Shown: positions 1-10,445, counted from the stretch's first letter. The stretch: DNA of 64,000 bases from an uncultured Pseudomonadales bacterium (GCA_964460975.1 CAYWTN010000001.1:61202-125201), one strand, 5' to 3'. The notes: generated by a model from the sequence alone, not told the origin. Numbers and translations: made by a program.

Positions 1-69
1 ATGACTGGACTCGAACCAGCGACCTTACGCACCCCATGCGTACGCTCTAGCCATCTGAGCTACATCCCG
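1..69 (-). tRNA. tRNA-Pro (anticodon GGG), 3' end truncated by the window edge
   Basis: Reverse complement reads CGGGATG-TA-GCTCAGATGGCTAGAGC-G-TACGC-ATGGGGT-GCGTA-AGGTC-GCTGG-TTCGAGT-CCAGT-CAT..., a cloverleaf with anticodon loop AUGGGGU. The acceptor 3' strand runs off the window. Confidence 0.75.
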
Positions 70-515
70 TTGCGAATGAATCGCTCGACCGCTTTGCGGG
101 GACGTGAAAGCGGAAGAACTGCATTATAGCGCTCCAGGAGAAAAAACACAGCACTGGAACCAAGCGCGTCAATAAAAATATCACTAAGGCGAGCTTGCCT
201 TCCAGGAATGAAAGACTGATGCCATTCGTCAATCGTAGCTAAGAGGATAAGAGACAAGAACGAGAGAGAAAAAAGAATATTACCGCTCCAGTGTTTTTCC
301 TTGACCACTGAGAACACCCAAACACCAAAGAAAATACTTAAAAGAAGAATGCTGTACACAAGGACATGCGCCGACTTAAACCAGAGGAAATCAAACACTC
401 CTTGATCCCCCGGCCCAGGAAGTTTGGACTGATGCGAAAGATAGGTAATCATCCCATACCAGAAAAGAGCCGGGAGGAAAGAAAAAATACTTAGAAGCCA
501 ACGTCGAGAAGACAC
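60..515 (-). CDS. VanZ family membrane protein
   Basis: 151-aa ORF. Contains DEWHQSFIPGRQARLSDIFIDALGSS, which is VanZ-like, and is multi-TM. Its 3' end overlaps the tRNA-Pro 5' end by about 10 nt. The start may be an internal Met. Confidence 0.5.
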   Translation of the reverse strand: MSSRRWLLSIFSFLPALFWYGMITYLSHQSKLPGPGDQGVFDFLWFKSAHVLVYSILLLSIFFGVWVFSVVKEKHWSGNILFSLSFLSLILLATIDEWHQSFIPGRQARLSDIFIDALGSSAVFFLLERYNAVLPLSRPRKAVERFIRNGM

Positions 516-1402
516 ACACCATTATAACAATCCCACAGTTTAGGAAAACACAGAAAAAAGCTCATCCCAGACAACACCAACGCTACGAGACTCCAAAGGA
601 GAACGTTCTGCTTCCAGCGCTCAACCTCCTGCCACTCTTGAGTGTAATCTGCTGGCTCACGCTCCCATATGGGTACTTCCTGAACACTTGACGACACGGC
701 TTGAAGAGTTCCTAATCTTGGGACAAGAACATACTTCCACCAAGTGGGTGGTGGATCATCTGGAGGTTCGTTACTCACCAATGGAAGAGATTGCGACGTA
801 TGTTGCGGGGAAGCGCTTGGTGTCGGCACCGGAGTGTTTTTGGGGAGAACAGCTTTCGTTATGGTGGGGGATGGCGCTCCTGCGCCATCCCCCACCAACT
901 CGTCCAGAACTTCCTCGGTAACCTCATCCTGCCAGATTGTCCAGTCTCGTCTTGGCCAGCGCTCTTCCCACTCTTCCAAACTCATAGCTTGCCAACCATC
1001 ATCCAGAAGCACCCAGACTGCGTCAGGCGCAAGAGTGCCATACAATCCACTTTCCTCAAAGAGTACCCCTTGAAAAAGAAGTTGGACTTGATCGCCAGTA
1101 TTATTGAGACTGATTTTTGTTTGCGTAGCAGGAAATATTTTGAGTTCATTCGGTGCCATATCTGGCAAAATCCATGTCTTGGTACTACCAACCGTATCTT
1201 TTATACTCCAAAGCTTTCCAGAAATCGTGGCGTCATGAGGATTTTCGACCACAATCCACTCCGAACCTGATGACGGCACAGGAAAAAGAGCGCGGAGGGA
1301 GGGCGCCGGCTCGCTTGCGCGAGCCGGCGCCCACCCAATCCCCAACAATCCCACAAACACCACTATCCCAACAAGAAGCTTCGTCTTTACATCCATGACC
1401 AA
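491..1402 (-). CDS. Membrane-anchored protein with a lamin-tail-like (LTD) domain and a Pro-rich linker
   Basis: 303 aa. N-terminal TM helix. EWIVVENPHDATISGKLWSIKD...LKIFPA resembles an LTD. There is a C-terminal TM helix. Confidence 0.4.
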   Translation of the reverse strand: MVMDVKTKLLVGIVVFVGLLGIGWAPARASEPAPSLRALFPVPSSGSEWIVVENPHDATISGKLWSIKDTVGSTKTWILPDMAPNELKIFPATQTKISLNNTGDQVQLLFQGVLFEESGLYGTLAPDAVWVLLDDGWQAMSLEEWEERWPRRDWTIWQDEVTEEVLDELVGDGAGAPSPTITKAVLPKNTPVPTPSASPQHTSQSLPLVSNEPPDDPPPTWWKYVLVPRLGTLQAVSSSVQEVPIWEREPADYTQEWQEVERWKQNVLLWSLVALVLSGMSFFLCFPKLWDCYNGVCLLDVGF

Positions 1403-1437
1403 AGACTACCGCTCAAAACAAACAAAATACCAACAAA

Positions 1438-2631
1438 CTAGTAATTGACGTGCAAATAGTAACTGGAAACGGAATCTCCATGATCCACACGAACATAGCG
1501 CAGATTTCCACGGCCGCAGCGCACCGATCCACGATAGAGTGTTCCTTCTTTCACAGCTTTCACTGTCAAGCTCGAGGACTTACTCACCATATCAATCCCT
1601 GTATGGGGTTGTCCGCCATAATAACCGGTTCGCGACCAACTCGTATATCCGTAACCCTGTGTGATAATAGCGGGATCATTGAGCGGCCACTCCCAAGAAC
1701 CTGAGAAAGAGAAGGAAGAATCACGCCAAACAATTCCCGCTTCCTTAAGGAAGGAAGAAGGATTCTGTAGTGATCCATTTTTGCGCACCTCAAAATGCAA
1801 ATGCGTACCCGTAGAACAGGTTGAGGCACCATAAATAATACTGGCAATCGTCTCACCACTCGATACTTCACGAACCTTCGTTTCGCTTCCCGCACCAGCG
1901 GCAATGCTCTGAATAGCGTTATATTCTTCCAACGTTTTGGCCAACTGATCCTGATAGGTCTTCTCATCATTTCTCGTGGTTTCCAGCAAACGGTTTTTGT
2001 CCTGCTTTTGCTGCTGAAGATCCTTCTGCTGCCCCTCTAACTTTGACTTAAGCGCCACCATTTCTCGCTGCACTTGTTCTTTGCTTCTCTTCTGCGCATC
2101 ATAGTCTTGACGCTTCTCTTCGGTACCAATAAGAAGTTCCTGCGTATGCGCGCGAACTTGTGCCAAATACTTGGCTTCCTTAAAAAGATTTGAGATACCG
2201 GTCGTGGCAAACATTCGGGCCAAGCCATCGGTATTACTCTTTTTATACTGGTTTTGCACGCGCTCGATGAGTGAAGCTGAAAGATCATGCAAAGAAAGCT
2301 CCAGTCCCTCGATGCGCTGGCCAAGATCGTTCACTTGTGCCTCGAGAGTGCGAATCTCTATTTGTGTTTTCTCAATTTCCTTTTCATTGAGACGAATTTT
2401 GGCATCAAGGTAGGCTACCGTACTGGCCAATGACTGTCTTTCCTGCTGAACGGCAGAAAGTTTTCCCCGCAGATCTTCAATCGTTTTTTTAATCTCATCC
2501 AAATCAATATTGTTGTTCTGAGATGCTGTTGGGCTTGGTGTGGGAGAAGGCGATGCCGATTGAGCCAAGGCAGAGGGCGCTAAAAACAGAGCCAACCATC
2601 CTATAAACGCTAACAATACAAAATATCTCAT
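1438..2631 (-). CDS. M23 family metallopeptidase with N-terminal coiled coil (EnvC-like FtsEX-associated murein hydrolase activator)
   Basis: Signal peptide and a long coiled coil. C-terminal LytM motifs HTGIDM and HLHFEV. Immediately downstream of ftsX. Confidence 0.75.
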   Translation of the reverse strand: MRYFVLLAFIGWLALFLAPSALAQSASPSPTPSPTASQNNNIDLDEIKKTIEDLRGKLSAVQQERQSLASTVAYLDAKIRLNEKEIEKTQIEIRTLEAQVNDLGQRIEGLELSLHDLSASLIERVQNQYKKSNTDGLARMFATTGISNLFKEAKYLAQVRAHTQELLIGTEEKRQDYDAQKRSKEQVQREMVALKSKLEGQQKDLQQQKQDKNRLLETTRNDEKTYQDQLAKTLEEYNAIQSIAAGAGSETKVREVSSGETIASIIYGASTCSTGTHLHFEVRKNGSLQNPSSFLKEAGIVWRDSSFSFSGSWEWPLNDPAIITQGYGYTSWSRTGYYGGQPHTGIDMVSKSSSLTVKAVKEGTLYRGSVRCGRGNLRYVRVDHGDSVSSYYLHVNY

Positions 2632-2645
2632 TCCTGCTTTCTCGT

Positions 2646-3518
2646 TTAGGTTCGGAAAAGACGACGCGTGCTAAAAACACTCGCCACCGCACCTAAGAAT
2701 ACTCCCGCTAAAATGCCACCACCAAGCGTTATCGCCAAAACTTCTGGAGGGACTGGAAGCAGCTGCACTTCACCAAAAAACTGCTGGATCGTTGGCGTGG
2801 CATACAAAATAGTAAGATACACGCCCATCCACGCGAAGAGCGAACCAACCATGCCGTAAAGGACGCCTTCGAGAATAAAAGGAAGCTGGATATACCACTT
2901 CGTTGCTCCCATCAAGCGAAGAATACGAATCTCATGCTTCTTACTGGCAATACGGATACTCGTAATCACAAGAATGACGAGCAAACTCGTGGTGAGGAAA
3001 ACAGCTAAAACGCCAAAACCAATTTGGCGCAAAAGCGCTGTCCAGTAACGCAAGCTCTCCACAACATCCTTTTGATAGACAACCTCATCAATACCCTCAA
3101 GTTTGGAAAGCTTCTCTGCTGCAAGTGAAAGATCTTCTAAACGATAGGTAGAAACCTCCAAGGAGGGCGGCAAAATATCGGCTGTGACCAGCTCCATAAG
3201 CAAGGGATCGTTCCCACTTTGCTGCTGATAAATCGTGAGCGCCTCTTCCTGAGAAATAAAACGAACTTCTTTGATAGCAGCGTCTGAAGAAAGATCTTTT
3301 TGATACTTCTCGAGTGTTTCTTGCGAGGTAACCTGTTTAAAGAAAGCGGTTACTTGCGGACGTGACTCAAAAAACTGCAGGACTTTATGAGATCCCAGCA
3401 TGAAAAAAACGAGACTGTAGCCAATAAAAAAAGTGAGGAACAAGATAAGTCCAGCCGCAGCAGCCTGATAGGGCGAACGGCGAATACTCTTAAGCGCTTG
3501 AGAAAAAGCCGAACTCAT
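2646..3518 (-). CDS. ftsX: Cell division ABC transporter permease FtsX
   Basis: 290 aa with 4 TM helices and a periplasmic loop. FtsX-like C-terminus. Overlaps ftsE by 4 nt. Confidence 0.8.
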   Translation of the reverse strand: MSSAFSQALKSIRRSPYQAAAAGLILFLTFFIGYSLVFFMLGSHKVLQFFESRPQVTAFFKQVTSQETLEKYQKDLSSDAAIKEVRFISQEEALTIYQQQSGNDPLLMELVTADILPPSLEVSTYRLEDLSLAAEKLSKLEGIDEVVYQKDVVESLRYWTALLRQIGFGVLAVFLTTSLLVILVITSIRIASKKHEIRILRLMGATKWYIQLPFILEGVLYGMVGSLFAWMGVYLTILYATPTIQQFFGEVQLLPVPPEVLAITLGGGILAGVFLGAVASVFSTRRLFRT

Positions 3519-4273
3519 ACTTCCACTTTCTCCTTACTTTCTTTTTCTGGGGAAGCGTCCTTGTCGGACTTTTCACTCTTTTTTTCTTTCTTTTTCTTAG
3601 CAGACTCTTTGACCGGGCGATCCTCAACCAGCTTCCCTTGATGCAGGTGCAGTTCACGTGCCGGCTGATTCTTCAGTAAATTCTGATCATGAGTAGCAAT
3701 GAGAACGGTCGTGCCCAGATCCGCAATGGTCTGCAAAAGTTGACCGATCGCACTTCCTGTAACCGGATCAAGGTTGCCTGTTGGTTCGTCGGCAAAAAGA
3801 ACTTTTGGGCGCATCGCCAGCGCGCGCGCGATGGCGATGCGCTGGAGCTCACCACCAGAAAGCTGTGCGGGGAACATGTCTTTACGATCTGCCAGGCCAA
3901 CAAGATCAAGGACATCGAGCACTGACTTCATCTTTTCTTCACGGGAAGCGCCGATAATTTCGAGGGCGAGTGAGACATTTTCCTCAATAGTTCGTTCGGA
4001 AAGCAGTTTATAATCCTGAAAAACGACCGCCACTTGGCGTCGCAAAAACGGAATGTGATGGGACTTGAGATCGCCCAAAGGCTCATCATCAAGGTATATT
4101 TCACCAGAACTTGGGATAAGGTCGCGAATAAGCAGTCGCATGAGCGTGGTCTTGCCTGCTCCAGACTCACCAACCACGTAATTCACCGATCCGGGCTCCA
4201 CCAGAAAGCTCACATCCTCCAGACCAATATATCCGTTAGAAAAAACTTTACCGACGTTTTCGAATCGAATCAC
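3515..4273 (-). CDS. ftsE: Cell division ATP-binding protein FtsE
   Basis: Walker [13 protein letters not shown] signature [15 protein letters not shown] and Walker B. Lys/Glu-rich C-terminal tail. Confidence 0.85.
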   Translation of the reverse strand: MIRFENVGKVFSNGYIGLEDVSFLVEPGSVNYVVGESGAGKTTLMRLLIRDLIPSSGEIYLDDEPLGDLKSHHIPFLRRQVAVVFQDYKLLSERTIEENVSLALEIIGASREEKMKSVLDVLDLVGLADRKDMFPAQLSGGELQRIAIARALAMRPKVLFADEPTGNLDPVTGSAIGQLLQTIADLGTTVLIATHDQNLLKNQPARELHLHQGKLVEDRPVKESAKKKKEKKSEKSDKDASPEKESKEKVEV

Positions 4274-4285
4274 GAGTCCTACCTT

Positions 4286-4750
4286 TTAGTTTTCCTTGTA
4301 CCATGATGGTTTTTCACCATCAACCTTTGCCACTTCCAACCGACCAACATCCATCAGCCAGCCAGCTTTTTGTCCTTTAAAGGTTTCACCCCAAACACGA
4401 ACCTGCATATTCTCAAACTGATCAAGGTCAACAACCGATGAAGTGAGGTAAACGTTTTGGGAAACCCCTCCGTCGCGCAGCAAGGTGTGAGACCCTTCGC
4501 CAGCAATACCACCTTTAATGAGAACTCCCGTGACTTCATCGCGGAAAGTTTTTTCGTCTGGAACGCCGAAAACAGCTCCTGCTTTGACAGCGGCCCCGAC
4601 CTCTTCTGCGGTTTTGTCTTGTTCAACCGCCACAGGAGTGCCAGATGAGGATTGGGAGGCAAAACTCAACGCGATACCGGTTCCTGCCCCAGCAAGAAGC
4701 ACCAAAGTGAGCACACCGGCCACCATTTTTCGTGAAATACTCATTTTCAT
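4286..4750 (-). CDS. Hypothetical membrane-anchored (N-terminal TM) protein
   Basis: The ORF track extends to 4966. The likely start is MKMSISRKMVAGVLTLVLLAG. No recognisable domain. Confidence 0.4.
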   Translation of the reverse strand: MKMSISRKMVAGVLTLVLLAGAGTGIALSFASQSSSGTPVAVEQDKTAEEVGAAVKAGAVFGVPDEKTFRDEVTGVLIKGGIAGEGSHTLLRDGGVSQNVYLTSSVVDLDQFENMQVRVWGETFKGQKAGWLMDVGRLEVAKVDGEKPSWYKEN

Positions 4751-4948
4751 GCCTTTTTCCTTTGTAAATTCGCGTTTTTTCTCTGGATTCTCCAGGCCAA
4801 CTGTCACGGTGTTTGGTCGAGCAGGAATACTGGAAGACGACTCTTCCGCTTCTGGTTGACGAAACTGAACTCGATCAAATGACATATGAGGGCTCCTTAA
4901 GCAATCTGTGCGTTCACTGTAACAAATTTTGCTCCAAAATTGAAGATC

Positions 4949-5032
4949 GGAATCGTTCCGCCGCATTGCTTCCTCAAGGGGAATCGACCCGGGTCGATTC
5001 CCCTTGAGGTGATGTACTGGCGGAACGATTCC
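4949..5032 (-). terminator. Compound perfect palindrome immediately after the prfB stop codon (putative terminator or protein-binding site)
   Basis: The outer 14-bp arms are GGAATCGTTCCGCC and GGCGGAACGATTCC. They flank an inner perfect 38-nt palindrome, CCTCAAGGGGAATCGACCCGGGTCGATTCCCCTTGAGG. The downstream U-tract is weak. Confidence 0.4.
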
Positions 5033-5034
5033 GG

Positions 5035-6141
5035 TTAGGAAGAAAGAAGTGAAATCTCGGCAAAGATAAAATCTGCGAGATCACCGTCCAAAACGGCGTC
5101 CGAATCGGTAGTTTCCACTTCCGTTCGTGTGTCTTTTACCAGGTGATAAGGATGCAAAACATAGTTTCGGATTTGGTTTCCCCAGGAAGCCATCTTGTGC
5201 TCGCCGCGAACTCGTGAAAGCTCTGCTCGACGATCAAGCTCTTTACGCTCAGCCAACTTGGCCTTAAGAATAGCCAGAGCCAACTTTTTATTCTGCTCCT
5301 GACTGCGTTCCTGGCGCGTATCCACCACAATCCCCGTAGGAATGTGGGTAAGATGCACCGCACTGTTCACCTTGTTTACGTTTTGCCCACCGGCTCCACC
5401 AGCGCGAGTAAAATGCCATTCAAGCTCGTCAGGCTTGAGCTCAATGGTCTTGTCGTCTTCGGGAATGAGCGGAAGAACCTCAACACCAGAGAAAGAAGTT
5501 TGTCTTAATCCATCCGCATTAAAAGGACTTTGCCGAACAAGACGATGCGTCCCAGCCTCACCCTTGAGATAGCCATAAGCATACGCGCCATGCACCAAAT
5601 ACGTAGCAGACTTAATACCTGCCTCTTCTCCACGACTTTCTTCAACAAGCTCCATTTTCCAACCCTGACGTTGAAAAAAACGCTCATACATACGCTGAAC
5701 CATACTGGCCCAGTCCATGGCTTCGGTACCACCTTGCCCGGCATGGATCGAGAGAATAGCATTCATACTGTCATACGGTCCAGAAAGGTATGTCTGCAAC
5801 TCAATTGTTTTATTGAGTTGACGCAGTCGCAGCAACAAAGCGTGGAACTCAGACTCTAAACTGAGATCATCACTTTCCGCCACCAGCTCTGCAACAGCTT
5901 GGAGATCATTGAGAAGCTGTATCTGCTCATCCAACTGATCCAACTGTTGGCCAATCGCACTCATTTCTTGGTTCACGGACTGTGCTTTTTCCTGGTCGGA
6001 CCAAAAATCGGGCTGCATGGTTTGTGTCTCAAGTTCTGAACGTCGCTGCTCAACGGCACTGCGATCAATACTGCGCGCCAAATCTTGCGCCTTTTCGCGC
6101 GATTCTTGCCACTGATCTTGCAGTGCTTTGGAAAGTATCAT
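5035..6141 (-). CDS. prfB: Peptide chain release factor 2
   Basis: GGQ motif ([23 protein letters not shown]) and the RF2-specific SPF motif (RQSPFNADG). Uninterrupted 368-aa ORF. Confidence 0.9.
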   Translation of the reverse strand: MILSKALQDQWQESREKAQDLARSIDRSAVEQRRSELETQTMQPDFWSDQEKAQSVNQEMSAIGQQLDQLDEQIQLLNDLQAVAELVAESDDLSLESEFHALLLRLRQLNKTIELQTYLSGPYDSMNAILSIHAGQGGTEAMDWASMVQRMYERFFQRQGWKMELVEESRGEEAGIKSATYLVHGAYAYGYLKGEAGTHRLVRQSPFNADGLRQTSFSGVEVLPLIPEDDKTIELKPDELEWHFTRAGGAGGQNVNKVNSAVHLTHIPTGIVVDTRQERSQEQNKKLALAILKAKLAERKELDRRAELSRVRGEHKMASWGNQIRNYVLHPYHLVKDTRTEVETTDSDAVLDGDLADFIFAEISLLSS

Positions 6142-6153
6142 GGCGTAAGTATA

Positions 6154-6621
6154 TCAGGGACGAGAAAAATTCGGTGAGGACTCGTAGGCAGAAACCACAC
6201 CTTTGCAGTACTGATAACGCGCCTCATTCACCACATCAACCGAAACGGCCCCTGCCTGAAGTTGCGCTTGCGTGAGAACTTCTCCTACCGCTTCCTGGGC
6301 CCCACGCTCTCGAACACTCTGCCAGAATTCTTTGGGTGTTGTAGAAAATGTAGCCGAAAGCGTCGTGCTGGCAGCACTTTGCACCATTTCTGGCAGGGAA
6401 AAATCCATACTTCCAGAACGCCACTGCGGAGAACGAATCATCTGAGCAACTTGTTCATCAAGTGACTGAACCGATGAGCGCCAATCTGGTTGGGAAAAGG
6501 AAAGGTTCATAGCCGCTGCGTTTGAGGCCCCACCACCAAAGACTTGCACACCCCACAAAAGAGCAGCTCCAATAACGAGAAGAAGCAAAAAGAAGACAAA
6601 CCGAAAGCGTCCAAACTGCAT
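6154..6621 (-). CDS. Hypothetical protein with N-terminal TM helix
   Basis: 155 aa. Hydrophobic N-terminus. No recognisable domain. Confidence 0.4.
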   Translation of the reverse strand: MQFGRFRFVFFLLLLVIGAALLWGVQVFGGGASNAAAMNLSFSQPDWRSSVQSLDEQVAQMIRSPQWRSGSMDFSLPEMVQSAASTTLSATFSTTPKEFWQSVRERGAQEAVGEVLTQAQLQAGAVSVDVVNEARYQYCKGVVSAYESSPNFSRP

Positions 6622-6639
6622 ACCACAAACAGTATACCG

Positions 6640-7869
6640 CTATTCCGAACGAAGCGCTTCGATGGGTGAAAGTCGGCTAGCCTTCCGAGCTGGGGCAACA
6701 CCAAAAACGATACCCACTCCAAGAGAAACGCCAAATGCCAAAAGTATGGCTCCAAACGTAATAACGGAAGGAAAATCAACCAAAGTGTTGAGAGCAAGAG
6801 AGCCTAAAGCCGCTATGAGCACACCAATCGAACCGCCGAACACTGAAAGCAGCGAAGCCTCAACAAGAAACTGGATGAGAATTTCGTTCGGAGTTGCACC
6901 CAGAGCCTTGCGCAATCCAATCTCACGAGTGCGCTCCGTCACAGAGACCAGCATAATGTTCATGATGCCAATACCACCCACGACCAGAGAAATGGCTGCA
7001 ATGCCGCCAAGTCCAAGAGTAAGAATACCTAAAACGCTATTAATGGTCTCTAGGATCTGGCGCTGATCAAAAACATCGTATTCGTCCTCTTCCCTTTTCT
7101 GCACGTCACGCATGTAGCGGTCGAGCTCATCAACCACCGTTTGAATATCGTCTTTTTTCTTCACTTGAACAGAAATGGACTGAATATCACGTGTGTCGAA
7201 AGCGCGAAAAGCTGCTTCGAGAGGAATAATAATGTAACTATCAAATGATGGTCCGCCAAAAGAGCTTCCTTTTTCTTCTGCTACACCAACAACTTTGAAT
7301 GTCTGAGAACCCAAACGAAAATTCTTATTGACTGGATCGATCGTTCCAAAAAGATCCTGTGCTATTTTATGACCCAAAACAGCCACGCGTTCACCAGCAC
7401 TTTCCTCAGCAGAAGTGAAAAATCTCCCTGCCGCTGCTTGGGTATTGCGAACCTGTACATAATCCACGCTTGTCCCCACAACCGTAGCATTCTTGGTTTC
7501 AGTCTGGAAACTTACCGAAGACGACTGCTGAACTTCCGGCAGCACAGCCGCAATCCTTGAGCGATCGATTCGGCGCACGTCATTGAGAATACGAGTATCA
7601 AGCTGTTTGTTCCCCATTCCAGAAACCTGCTCGTCTTGGCTAGAAAAACCACCACCCTCGGAAAAAACTCGCATAGGAAGGATGACAACCGTATTGGCTC
7701 CTAGGTCATCAAACTGCTGCTCTATATACTGCTGAATTCCGGTTCCAATAGAAGTGAGCAGAATCACCGAACCAACACCAATAATTACTCCCAACATCGT
7801 GAGAAGTGAGCGCGATTTATTGGTCCAGATTGCTTGAGCGGCAACCTTGGTCGTAGCCCCAACGTTCAT
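6640..7869 (-). CDS. ABC transporter permease, MacB-like (FtsX domain)
   Basis: 409 aa. N-terminal TM helix, large periplasmic domain and a C-terminal 3-TM FtsX-like domain. Overlaps the ATPase gene by 4 nt. Confidence 0.8.
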   Translation of the reverse strand: MNVGATTKVAAQAIWTNKSRSLLTMLGVIIGVGSVILLTSIGTGIQQYIEQQFDDLGANTVVILPMRVFSEGGGFSSQDEQVSGMGNKQLDTRILNDVRRIDRSRIAAVLPEVQQSSSVSFQTETKNATVVGTSVDYVQVRNTQAAAGRFFTSAEESAGERVAVLGHKIAQDLFGTIDPVNKNFRLGSQTFKVVGVAEEKGSSFGGPSFDSYIIIPLEAAFRAFDTRDIQSISVQVKKKDDIQTVVDELDRYMRDVQKREEDEYDVFDQRQILETINSVLGILTLGLGGIAAISLVVGGIGIMNIMLVSVTERTREIGLRKALGATPNEILIQFLVEASLLSVFGGSIGVLIAALGSLALNTLVDFPSVITFGAILLAFGVSLGVGIVFGVAPARKASRLSPIEALRSE

Positions 7870-8594
7870 GTTTGCTTCTTCCTGCGGTACCCTTTAGTAT
7901 TGACGGCCTTCTTGCGAACGTCTTCAACAATAACACCATCTTTGACACGCAAAACGCGATTGGCAAAGGCGGCAATTTCTGGTTCATGAGTCACCAAAAT
8001 GATAGTGCGGCCGTCTTTGTTGAGCTGAGTAAACATCTGCATGATCTCTTCACCCGAAGCAGAGTCGAGGTTTCCCGTTGGTTCATCGGCAAAAAGCAAT
8101 GTGGGATCGTTGATGAGCGCGCGCGCAATGGCAACGCGTTGCTGTTGCCCTCCTGAGAGCTGCGCGCGCGTATTATTCAAACGATCGCCCAAGCCTACTT
8201 TCTCAAGCATCGAGACGGCTCGTTTCTTGCGCTGAGGACCAGAAACACCGGCATAAACAAGCGGCAGCGCTACATTCTCCCAAGCCGAAGTCTTGGGCAA
8301 AAGGTTAAACTGCTGAAACACAAAACCAATTTCTCGATTACGAACACGAGCCAAACGAGACTCACTGAGCTGCGAAACATCTTCACCAGAAAGCACAACC
8401 TTGCCAGAGGTAGGATTATCCAAAAGGGAAGCAATCTGCAAAAGGGTAGACTTTCCGGCACCAGACGGGCCCATAATCGCCACAAACTCTCCCCGCTCAA
8501 TCTCAAGATCAACGCCACGCAAAGCCTGAATCGTCTCTTCTCCCAGGCGGTAACTTTTCTTCACCTTTTGGAGGCTTAAAACAATATCACTCAT
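7866..8594 (-). CDS. ABC transporter ATP-binding protein (MacB/LolD-like)
   Basis: Walker [12 protein letters not shown], signature [15 protein letters not shown] and [10 protein letters not shown]. Confidence 0.85.
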   Translation of the reverse strand: MSDIVLSLQKVKKSYRLGEETIQALRGVDLEIERGEFVAIMGPSGAGKSTLLQIASLLDNPTSGKVVLSGEDVSQLSESRLARVRNREIGFVFQQFNLLPKTSAWENVALPLVYAGVSGPQRKKRAVSMLEKVGLGDRLNNTRAQLSGGQQQRVAIARALINDPTLLFADEPTGNLDSASGEEIMQMFTQLNKDGRTIILVTHEPEIAAFANRVLRVKDGVIVEDVRKKAVNTKGYRRKKQT

Positions 8595-9598
8595 GGAAGA
8601 ACCACATGATCCTCAAGTGAGAGACCAGATTTTATCTCCGAAACCGTATCATCTTCTAAACCAACTTCAACCTGACGCTCTTCTTGCTTGCCGTCTTTGA
8701 GGACACGAACAAACTGCTTGCCGTCAGTGGTGTACACAGCAGCCAGAGGCACCGTCATCACGTTTTCGGCTTGCTCAAGAAGGAGCTCCGCATCACCATT
8801 CATACCAACGCGCTGATTCTCAATACTCACCGAATCCAGGAAGCGAATATCGACGGGAAAAACCGTTCCCAAAGCAGAATCGATACTTTGATACGCAATT
8901 TTTTCTACAACACCACTCAGTGCTTCACCAGAGCGAGCATCCAAACGGACCGTGCTTTCTTGTCCCACAAAGATCTGATCGACATCGACTTCATCCACGT
9001 ACAAGCGGAAATATAAGGTTTCTGGATTCACGACATCAAAACGATCGGTTGGTCCCACTTGACCACCAATCACTCGAACTGGAGCCGCAACCAGAACACC
9101 AGCAATAGGTGTGCTCAAACGGGTATCCTCAATAGCCAGTGAATGCAGTTCTACATCAATAATGGAACGATCGAGGCTGTTCTGCTTTTGCTGAGCAACC
9201 CGCTGCTCTTCCTGATCCAGCACGCGATCTTTACGATCATCGAGATCATTTTCAAAACCGAGCCGCTCGGTGTCATACAGATTGAGCGTACGCTCAAGCG
9301 TTTTTTGAACACTGCGACTATCGATACTGGCAAGAGTCTGCCATTTCTTTACGAGATCACCCTCTTTTGCACCCAAATACGTGAGCTTACCGCCACCCGC
9401 GAAATACATACTCACCCGCTCTTTGGCATCAACTCGCCCAGAGAAAGAAAGTGTTTGACGTACATCAGACATCTGTGGCTGAACCGTTTTCACTTCAGCT
9501 TTATCTTGTGAACGGGAGTACCAGAACCAGGCTGCTGCTCCAAGCAGGATTATCCCTCCAGCTATGAGCCACCATCGTCGTTTCAAAAACTTCAACAT
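8591..9598 (-). CDS. Periplasmic adaptor (HlyD/MacA family membrane fusion protein)
   Basis: N-terminal TM helix, coiled-coil region and beta-barrel-like C-terminus. First gene of a 3-gene efflux operon. Confidence 0.7.
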   Translation of the reverse strand: MLKFLKRRWWLIAGGIILLGAAAWFWYSRSQDKAEVKTVQPQMSDVRQTLSFSGRVDAKERVSMYFAGGGKLTYLGAKEGDLVKKWQTLASIDSRSVQKTLERTLNLYDTERLGFENDLDDRKDRVLDQEEQRVAQQKQNSLDRSIIDVELHSLAIEDTRLSTPIAGVLVAAPVRVIGGQVGPTDRFDVVNPETLYFRLYVDEVDVDQIFVGQESTVRLDARSGEALSGVVEKIAYQSIDSALGTVFPVDIRFLDSVSIENQRVGMNGDAELLLEQAENVMTVPLAAVYTTDGKQFVRVLKDGKQEERQVEVGLEDDTVSEIKSGLSLEDHVVLP

Positions 9599-9650
9599 AA
9601 GCCTCTTATTGTAATACGAGAAAAGATTTCCAGCTAGAGTCTGTCTGGTT

Positions 9651-10445
9651 TTGCGCTACACTAATGCTATGCCTCGCGTTGCGATTAGCGGTCTTGAGAC
9701 CAATTATCAGCTTATTGGCAAAAAGCCAGAAACACTCCTCTTACTGCACGGTTGGGGGAATGATTGGCAGGCTTGGAGCCCACTCATTCCAGAACTCAGT
9801 AAACAGTACCGCCTTCTCATTCCCGATCTTCCAGGATTCGGTGCCTCTGATTCGCCCAAACGTGGTTGGGAAACAAAAGATTACGTTGCTTGGCTTGAGC
9901 AATTCCTTCAAGAACTTGGTATTCAAGAACTCAGTGCCGTCATTGGGCATTCATATGGTGGAAAAATTGCCACTTTTGCATGGAAAAGTGAAAATGCTCT
10001 TCCGCAACTCAAGCAGGGAGCACTTCTCATTAGTCCCTCAGGTATTCCTGCACGCCTTTCCTGGAAGCGGCAACTTCTTTCCAGTATTTTACCGTTGTTT
10101 CCAAGCTTTATACGCAGAGGCCTTTTTTCATCCTGGCGAACTTTTTTTTACACGAGACTTCTACACGAAGAAGACTATCTCCAAGCCTCACCGTTTCAGG
10201 AACAAACGTTGAACAGAATTCTGTTGGAGGATGTACGAAAAATTGACCAAAAAACCAATACACCCTTCTTCTTTTGTTGGGGGGAAAATGATCAGGCTGT
10301 TCCTCTTTGGATGGCCTACGAATATGCTCGCTCAACACGGCACAGTGAAGTTTTTGTTGTTCCGCAAGCTGGGCACTTCCCTCATCACTCGCACACGGAA
10401 CTCACTGTGCGTTGGATAAAAACACTCCTTACATCACATCTATGA
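9651..10445 (+). CDS. Alpha/beta hydrolase fold protein
   Basis: LLLHGWGNDW and nucleophile elbow GHSYGG. Confidence 0.7.
   Translation: MRYTNAMPRVAISGLETNYQLIGKKPETLLLLHGWGNDWQAWSPLIPELSKQYRLLIPDLPGFGASDSPKRGWETKDYVAWLEQFLQELGIQELSAVIGHSYGGKIATFAWKSENALPQLKQGALLISPSGIPARLSWKRQLLSSILPLFPSFIRRGLFSSWRTFFYTRLLHEEDYLQASPFQEQTLNRILLEDVRKIDQKTNTPFFFCWGENDQAVPLWMAYEYARSTRHSEVFVVPQAGHFPHHSHTELTVRWIKTLLTSHL

Noticed and set aside
5035-6141. Programmed frameshift site in prfB
   Set aside because: The ORF is continuous. No in-frame UGA or CUU-UGA-C context near the N-terminus.
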